The notes under the pieces were generated by a model. The model saw only the letters and a list, made by a program, of their open reading frames with translations. It was not told the DNA's origin and ran no database searches. From contig NC_134031.1 of assembly GCF_964204645.1 (NCBI RefSeq), forward strand, positions 18,979,910-19,043,909: a stretch of 64,000 nt of DNA. Reading direction: 5' to 3'. A program made the translations under genes and the position numbers. This document shows positions 56,601 to 64,000 of the stretch, piece by piece (within the stretch, counting starts at the first letter, position 1; each line of letters starts with the position of its first letter). The DNA is from Tubulanus polymorphus (taxonomy: Eukaryota; Animalia; Nemertea).

Positions 56601-59600
56601 CTAGATTGAGGATTTACCCCTAGGGATAACTCTGATACTCAGTCTATGAAACCAGGCCCAGGGGCTGGTTCCATAGACAGGGCTTAGACTTAAGACTGGT
56701 CTAAGACAAACTTCGTTCTATAGCCGATCTAACAACTTAAGACCAGTCTTAAGGTTTAAGACCACTTTTGGTCTTAAGTCCTGACTATGGAACCGACCCG
56801 AGAAACTCAAATTTTTGGTTTAATCACTATTGGTTACTTCATATTTTCAATGATGAGCACAACATTTCAAACTTAACCGTTTCGAAGTAGATATCATCAA
56901 ACTGACGCCCTTGATGGCTGTTTCAGAACAATTTCATTTGCGTTATTGGAAACAGTATTAAGTTATGAATAGCAACCAATGATTCCGAATTTTTGAGATG
57001 AAGAAAATGATGTTTTCAAGCCCCGGGGCGATGTTGAGAAAGCTATATTTATCAAGATGACGTTTGTTCAAACATTGATAATCAATTTGTCTCGAAGGAG
57101 AACGTCTCGTTCTATTCCTATAAATGTCTCCACACTTAACCTTTCAATCTCGTTGACCTTTAACGGCGTTCTTTGAGATGCAGTCAGTTTGAATCGCTGT
57201 TTCATATTTTTGATACTAGAGAAAATACATCACACTTTTCTAATAGTCGTGCTTGAATCAAGCTTTTCGGGTTGAAATGTTGCTAGAACTGTCGGGATCC
57301 TGAACTGAGTCCGACAGTGGTCTTGAATCTTAAGACTGGATCCAGTATTTTTGAAATGAATATTTCTGCAAATAGTTTCTCAGACTATTTCAAGTGAGAA
57401 ATATTTTTGAATAAAAATCAATAATCAATACATTTATAATCTGATGACCAAAACCAACAATTGATGATTTAACAATTTTTCCCGACAGTTTTGACTAGTG
57501 GGATACCCGCAGTGCTACTGTGGCAATCGAAGATTCCACGTATGGCCCACCAGGTGTCGCTAGTAGTTACTCGGTCTTCGGCGTTCAATTTCTTCTACAT
57601 TTCAATTAAAACTCAATTTTTTCCAAAATGAATCGATTATCGATGAAAACTAAACCGATATCTGAAAAGAAAAATGAATTGTATAATTGGTCGGTGCTGT
57701 GATAATATATGGATTCTGGAGTCTAAACATTCAGTTCAAATTTCATCGAAAATGAACTGATTTTGACAACGAACGACCTATTGCTCGTCACGCCATCTGG
57801 TGGGAAATCTGGTGTTACGGATTCACCATTGTTAAATCATCAACTGTGGGTTCTTTGCTCATAAACTCTGTGGAGATGAATATTAGTCTCGTCATGTTAT
57901 AATCTATTATTATCAATTCAATGTTGTTCAGTGATTATTCTTATGTTCTTGTTGTTTTAAACAGAAAGTTTACAAGCCGGTGCCAATCAGTTTCAAACCG
58001 CTACCGTGCGAATAAGGAGGAAATATTTCTGGCAAAATTGCAAGGTTGAAAAATCATATTTCATTTTTTTTTTTAAATTCTTCTTCCGTTTGAAATTTCC
58101 GACTTTACTCTGAAAAAATGCTTCGGTCTTTCCGTCGAAACGTAACGGTTCTTCTCGGAAATATTCTCACTTTTCTCTCTGAATTCTTTCGGTTTGAAAA
58201 AAGAGAAAATTTAATTTCAAAAACTGCGACATTTTCTTCTAAAAGAAAAACAGGAAAATTAAATGTTGGAAGAAATTACAGAGTTTTAGGTTTAAGAATC
58301 AGATGAAATCACCAGAGACTCCGAACTTGGCATCCAAAAAAACCCACTTAAGGATGAATTCAACCCCTCTAAAATCCTGAGATGTGGAGATGACTGAATC
58401 ACTGATAAATTTTCCAACATTTATTTTTGCTAGTTGAGATGGAATTCTTTAAAAGTGCATGCGATTTGACCTTGAGGTCTGTAGAGGTCGGTTGTGGGTA
58501 GCGTTTCATTTTCAGCTTCTCCGTGAAAAACTTTTAAAATTAACTGTAGAATTCTCTACTTTTCATTTGAAAGAGAAGAAAATCACTATTTGAAGTAGTT
58601 CTTTAGCGGCTAGGACTTTCTTAGTCGTCGGAGTTCGGGAGGTGGATTCATCCTAGATAAATCTTTCGGACAGAAGGTTTTACATCGGCACAATGACTTT
58701 CTACAGTGCTGCCCCCTATTATGGTTGCGGAATAAGGTAGCGTGCGAATTGGGAATGTTTTTTTTTTCTATCAGCGGTGTTGGTTATTAGGGACCCGGCT
58801 TCTACTACAGAGAAACCAAGGCTGGGTGCAGATTTAGACCCGGGGTCCGTGAACCCAGTTCCACAGTTCAGATTAGACTTTTAGATCTGACTGTAAATCG
58901 AAGTGCCCCTGTTTTATAAACTTGGATCCAGTTCCAAACAGTTGGCCCCACTCCGCGCGGTTGCGCCAACGCGCGGGATTTACGCGAAGTAGCAGAAACA
59001 AACATGGTCACATTTTGAACGTTAGAAATTGTACATGAATGGGGGACCTCAGTGGTTAAGATGGATCTTTGAACGGATCTCTGACAACTGACTACACTTC
59101 TACAGTCAATTCTACAGATTTAAGTCAGATTTCCACCAATATCTATGGAACTGGATACTGGTCTATGAAGACCGGCTGCTCTGAATGAAAATGGCCCCGA
59201 GAATCTTAAGCTGATTGGGGTTGATCAGTGGGCCTGCCCCACAGCTACAGCTGAGGAAGGAATCTGATGAACTGTCCAACAGCTACGGCTGAGGAATCTC
59301 TAATGAACTGTGGGTACCCATCTGCCCCACAGCTACGGCTGAGGAATCTCTATTGAACTGTGGGTACCAACTGCCCCACAGCTATGGCTGAGGAATCTCT
59401 AATGAACTGCACTGGTACCCACTGCCCCACAGCTATGGCTGAGGAATCTAATGAACAGTACTGGTACTCACTGCCCCACAGCTATGGCTGAGGAATCTCT
59501 AATGAACAGTACTGGTACCCACTGCCCCACAGCTATGGCTGAGGAATCTCTAATGAACAGTACTGGTACTCACCGCCCCACAGCTATGGCTGAGGAATCT

Positions 59601-62600
59601 CTAATGAACAGTACTGGTACCCACTGCCCCACAGCTATGGCTGAGGAATCTCTAATGAACAGTACTGGTACCCACCGCCCCACAGCTATGGCTGAGGAAT
59701 CTCTTATGAACAGTACTGGTACCCACCGCCCCACAGCTATGGCTGAGGAATTTCTAATGAACAGTACTGGTACCCACTGCCCCACAGCTATGGCTGAGGA
59801 ATCTCTAATGAACTGTGGGTACCCACTGCCCCACAGCTATGGCTGAGGAATCTCTAATGAACTGTACTGGTACCCACTGCCCCACAGCTATGGCTGAGGA
59901 ATCTCTAATGAACTGTGGGTACCCACTGCCCCACAGCTATGGCTGAGGAATCTCTAATGAACTGTACTGGTACCCACTGCCCCACAGCTATGGCTGAGGA
60001 ATCTCTAATGAACAGTACTGGTACCCACTGCCCCACAGCTATGGCTGAGGAATCTCTAATGAACAGTACTGGTACCCACTGCCCCACAGCTATGGCTGAG
60101 GAATCTCTAATGAACTGTACTGGTACCCACTGCCCCACAGCTATGGCTGAGGAATCTCTAATGAACAGTACTGGTACCCACTGCCCCACAGCTATTGCTG
60201 AGGAATATAATGAACAGTACTGGTACCCACTGCCCCACAGCTATGGCTGAGGAATCTCTAATGAACAGTACTGGTACCCACTGCCCCACAGCTATGGCTG
60301 AGGAATCTCTAATGAACAGTACTGGTACCCACTGCCCCACAGCTATGGCTGAGGAATCTCTAATGAACAGTACTGGTACTCACTGCCCCACAGCTATGGC
60401 TGAGGAATATAATGAACAGTACTGGTACCCACTGCTCCACAGCTATGGCTGAGGAATCTCTAATGAACAGTACTGGTACCCACTGCCCCACAGCTATGGC
60501 TGAGGAATATAATGAACAGTACTGGTACCCACTGCCCCACAGCTATGGCTGAGGAATCTCTAATGAACAGTACTGGTACCCACTGCCCCACAGCTATGGC
60601 TGAGGAATCTCTAATGAACAGTACTGGTACCCACTGCCCCACAGCTATGGCTGAGGAATATAATGAACAGTACTGGTACCCACTGCCCCACAGCTATGGC
60701 TGAGGAATCTCTAATGAACAGTACTGGTACCCACTGCCCCACAGCTATGGCTGAGGAATCTCTAATGAACAGTACTGGTACCCACTGCCCCACAGCTATG
60801 GCTGAGGAATCTCTAATGAACAGTACTGGTACCCACTGCCCCACAGCTATGGCTGAGGAATCTCTAATGAACAGTACTGGTACCCACTGCCCCACAGCTA
60901 TGGCTGAGGAATATAATGAACAGTACTGGTACCCACTGCCCCACAGCTATGGCTGAGGAATCTCTAATGAACAGTACTGGTACCCACTGCCCCACAGCTA
61001 TGGCTGAGGAATCTCTAATGAACAGTACTGGTACCCACTGCCCCACAGCTATGGCTGAGGAATCTCTAATGAACTATAACACGTCATGTTTTCAGATGAT
61101 GTTAGTTATTGGTGGTATAGTGCTGGTTATTGTAATCATTATAATTGGTAAGAACAGGAATCAGCGAAATATTTAATAAACGGCGAATTCATTTTGAAAA
61201 TTGAAACTATGGATCGTCTTCCATGTTTATTCATCGATGTTGTAGAGGTGACCCTGAATATAAAACACACCAAGTGTCGCCACCTACTGAGTGTTTACTA
61301 TACTAACTAGCGTGGATGTATCGTTTATGTCGTGTATAGTTCACCGATTGTACCGTAGCGATTTCTCTTCCAAACCTACCACCAGGGGGCGCCTTTGAGG
61401 GGCTTAAGTCTTAACTGACTGACTGAACCTCTGAATTCGGATGTGTAGATGAGGTAGATGATCTCTGTCGTACAATCGGTCAGCGTTACGCACTATTGTT
61501 CATTATAGTGATTGAAAAACCAGCGATATATTTAATCATCATTAGGCACCAGTTTTATAGAATTCATACTCTGTCTATAAAACTGTGGCCTCAATGGTAC
61601 AAAAATATACCACAATATGAGACGCTTTCATTGATTCCAGTTTTGAGGAAATTGCCGCAAGAGAACTTCAGAAAAAACCGGGAATATAAAACCTTGGGTT
61701 CTGAACAAACTGACGCAAAATTCTGTCCTAGGATCAGTTGAACAATCATGGCTGAGATTTACGCCCAATCTAAGACCATCTTATTTCCGAAGCCAATCTA
61801 ACAATTTGACACTATATTTTAACCCTTTCAGTGCTTACTTATCAATACCCAAAATATAATTTTAAAATTTACTGAAAGGGTTTAATCGCAGCATTGGGGC
61901 CTGAACGAAAGAACCCTATAAAACCTCAAGTACTTGATCCTTTTTGAAACTGGTATAAATGAATGCGTCAATTACCCCCCCCCCCCCCTCAATATCCCCC
62001 TTCCCCCTCCTCAATACCCCTCCCCCCACCACCACCTACATATTATATTTGTATGGGATCTGATGATGATGTTAATTGATTTATTTACAGATGATGATTA
62101 TAATGGGTGTTGTTATCGGCCTTGTTGTTATAGTGGTTGGATACTGGCTTTATACTAAGTTCCATACACCTGCCGCAGCTGCTGCTCCAGCTGCCGGAAC
62201 GGCAGCCGGTACCGGCGCGCCGCCGCCCGCAGCCGGTCCGAGTCCCGCATCGGGCCCGGCCGCCGATTAGTCTCTTTAATCCATTTTGACTCCTACGATG
62301 CCCATTGGTAATGATAAAAATATCGAACCGTCAAAAATAACGATTCTATTTCGTGATTAGCTTTCACCGCCGCGTCAGGCGTGGTCGCAACTGATACTCA
62401 CCAGGTGGCGTTGCGACCGTGCCGAGTGTGCATATTTCTTTGCATGTTACCTATCTGCATCATTTACGATTTTCTCAGTTTTTATCTTCGTCATTTTTCA
62501 TTCTGATGATATTTTGTCTCTTTCTCTTCGTAAAAGTGTTTTCGATGATTTATCGCGGCTTCGCTTTAGTTTTTCGGTGACCCCTGGCTCCACACGGCCT

Positions 62601-63993
62601 TGCAGGGGTCACCGGCCCCGAACGATTTTGTAGAGATGCGCACCACCACCTGTTCTGGTGAACTTCAAAATATTCAAAACTTTTCGCTGAAATCTTAGAT
62701 CGTAATTTCCAAAAAATTCGTCAAAACTTCTGGCTTTGATGGATGAATAAAGAATTAAAGAATAAGTTTTCGAAGCGCTATTTAAAGATGTCATGATGTA
62801 ATATGACTTGATGAATATTGATAGAAGTAAATAAGACTTAGTGAACTGTGGGCGGGAATTGTGAGCCTTTCTGGATTAAAGAGAATCCAAACTCAGAATA
62901 ATTGAAATTACTGATTCGAAACAAGCCTTGAATTTCTCCAACGCAAAACACTAAAAGTGTTCGTAGTGTTATTGATTTTGTTTTGTCCGTACAATATTTT
63001 TGCAAGAAACTGATTCTGAATATTCTGGATCCTGAGATAAATGTATTATACGCAGGTATCAATGTGCATCCTGGAACCCAGCTCTTCGTACATGCATCAA
63101 TTGTTGATACCTGAGTGAGCCTAGCACCGGCCTAGTTCGAGTTTTAAAGTCCTGCTCCTCACCTCTCTGAGCTCTTACCATATTCAGAATCAGTTCACAT
63201 AAATTCACTGTTAGTTAAATGTTGTTTTATTCACCGCGTTTTTTCTCTCTCTCTCTGAAAGTCGAGCAGACGACTTTCGATCGACCAATCACCATCGAGC
63301 TCTGGACGCGAGGATTTTGAGTTGTTTTCGGTTTACCTATGCCGTCACATTTGAGCCACTGGCGCGGTACCGCGGTTCTGACTTGTGTTCACGATTCGAA
63401 TCTACTCGTACCTTACAAATTGCATCCCAATATCGTTATCTGATATAATTTGAACTTTGTCAAGCATCTCATATCTCAGAATTTGTGGTAAACCTCTTGT
63501 CCCATGAGCAATCATTTCAGAAATGTTGCTGGCAATGAGAGATAATCCCCGATTACTATGACCGGTCTGCATTAGATTCATCTGTTCCGGAACAACAGAC
63601 TAGAAAGTGAAACTGAACCTGGCACAATTATTTATTTCGAGTTGGCAAAATGACCAAGAGAAAATTGAGACAAAAATTTTTCTAATTGGTCACCATAGCA
63701 TAAAATTTTTGACCGAATTCCGCAGTTGTTGGATTTTGTTTGAATCTAGAGTTGATTTTGATTAGAAGTTGGCTCTAGATTCAAATTCCGATTGGGAACT
63801 GCGCAACCAAATTCTGACAGTTTGTTTAATAAGAAATGTCCAGCTACAGTTGAGTGTAATGTACGCCGATCTTGTGATATCTGCACGGCGTGTTGTGTTG
63901 TGACTTTGTTGTTTTATTTTGTATATTTTATTGTTTTATAGATGTGGATTATTTTGATATCTGTGATAGTAGTTATTTTAGTCATTATCATCG
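50696..63993 (+). CDS. VAMP2: Synaptobrevin / VAMP1-2-3-type R-SNARE, alternatively spliced; 3' end beyond the window
   Basis: Start codon split AT|G (50696-50697, then 51314). Exons 51314-51358, 52989-53000, 53842-53908 ([12 protein letters not shown]), 54231-54309 ([26 protein letters not shown]), 55715-55794 or 57965-58044, then transmembrane exons 61096-61147, 62091-62270 or 63942-63993. The symbol denotes the family, not one-to-one orthology. Confidence 0.93.
52693..52869. mobile_element. MITE, TTAAGACC family copy
   Basis: GGCTGGTTGCATAG ... TTATGCAACCAGCC, with internal similarity to 33380-33519. Confidence 0.7.
52989..53000 (+). CDS. 12-nt frame-preserving microexon of synaptobrevin
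   Basis: ttttactgtttctattcag|GGCGACCGATGA|gtaagt. Phase 2 at both ends, matching the flanking exons. Confidence 0.65.
   Translation, partial: GDR
54934..55410. repeat. 22/24-bp minisatellite with palindromic core
   Basis: Unit GGACTATAGTCCATGTTTTAAC (some units with an extra TA), about 21 copies. Confidence 0.95.
55715..55794 (+). CDS. Synaptobrevin SNARE C-terminal exon, variant A (canonical)
   Basis: [27 protein letters not shown]; 80 nt; acag|...|gtattt. Confidence 0.92.
56235..56375. repeat. Degenerate ~20-bp tandem repeat
   Basis: About 6-7 GTACTGACTCAGTACTGCGG-like units. Confidence 0.6.
56662..56799. mobile_element. MITE, TTAAGACC family copy
   Basis: GGTTCCATAG ... CTATGGAACC termini with the same internal sequence. 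It abuts another repeat (~56565-56660) that is the reverse complement of ~27930-28025. Confidence 0.7.
57965..58044 (+). CDS. Synaptobrevin SNARE C-terminal exon, variant B (duplicated, divergent)
   Basis: [27 protein letters not shown]; 80 nt with the same phases as variant A; long pyrimidine tract then acag; donor AAG|gttgaa. Confidence 0.85.
59235..61075. repeat. 51-bp minisatellite
   Basis: Unit CTGCCCCACAGCTATGGCTGAGGAATCTCTAATGAACAGTACTGGTACCCA, about 36 copies, with 48- and 49-bp variants. Confidence 0.97.
61096..61147 (+). CDS. Synaptobrevin transmembrane exon 1 (internal, 52 nt)
   Basis: ttttcag|[18 protein letters not shown]|gtaaga. Confidence 0.85.
61819..61885. mobile_element. 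piggyBac-like MITE, internally deleted copy
   Basis: TTAACCCTTTCAGT...ACTGAAAGGGTTTAA, only about 65 bp, abutting a fragment of the TTAAGACC MITE family. Confidence 0.6.
62091..62270 (+). CDS. Synaptobrevin transmembrane exon 2 (terminal, with Pro/Ala/Gly-rich luminal tail)
   Basis: tttacag|[59 protein letters not shown]; AATAAA at ~62746. Confidence 0.8.
   Translation: MMIIMGVVIGLVVIVVGYWLYTKFHTPAAAAAPAAGTAAGTGAPPPAAGPSPASGPAAD
63942..63993 (+). CDS. Synaptobrevin transmembrane exon 3 (internal, 52 nt)
   Basis: ttgttttatag|[18 protein letters not shown]|gtaagt; same length and phases as TM exon 1. Confidence 0.82.
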
Positions 63994-64000
63994 GTAAGTA

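Noticed and set aside
59451-61075. ORFs of repeated [17 protein letters not shown] / [17 protein letters not shown]
   Set aside because: Artefacts of a 51-bp (3n) intronic minisatellite; frames break at variant units. It is not a CRISPR array either, as there are no unique spacers.

Overview
AT-rich, gene-dense, intron-containing animal DNA, probably from an invertebrate (I cannot identify the species). All gene models were spliced by hand from GT-AG sites and exon phases. From left to right: (1) the 3' part of a DUS1-like tRNA-dihydrouridine synthase that appears to splice in frame into a complete TRMT10B-like tRNA methyltransferase (+); (2) a divergent glycine N-methyltransferase-like gene (+); (3) four tandem 3-exon cytosolic sulfotransferases (+), of which copy 2 is a pseudogene and copy 4 has a Penelope-like foldback insertion with a hammerhead-like motif; (4) an intronless class A GPCR (+); (5) ALDH4A1 (-); (6) PRPF38B (-) with a candidate poison exon; (7) SNAPC4 (-); (8) head-to-head with SNAPC4, a synaptobrevin/VAMP gene (+) that runs off the window end. 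The VAMP gene is the most unusual locus. It has a 12-nt microexon, two duplicated 80-nt SNARE C-terminal exons whose phases make them mutually exclusive, at least three alternative transmembrane exons, a perfect 18-nt inverted pair bracketing one cassette, about seven CTCF-like motifs and two intronic minisatellites. Several MITE families, SINE-like relics and a LINE relic are scattered in the introns.
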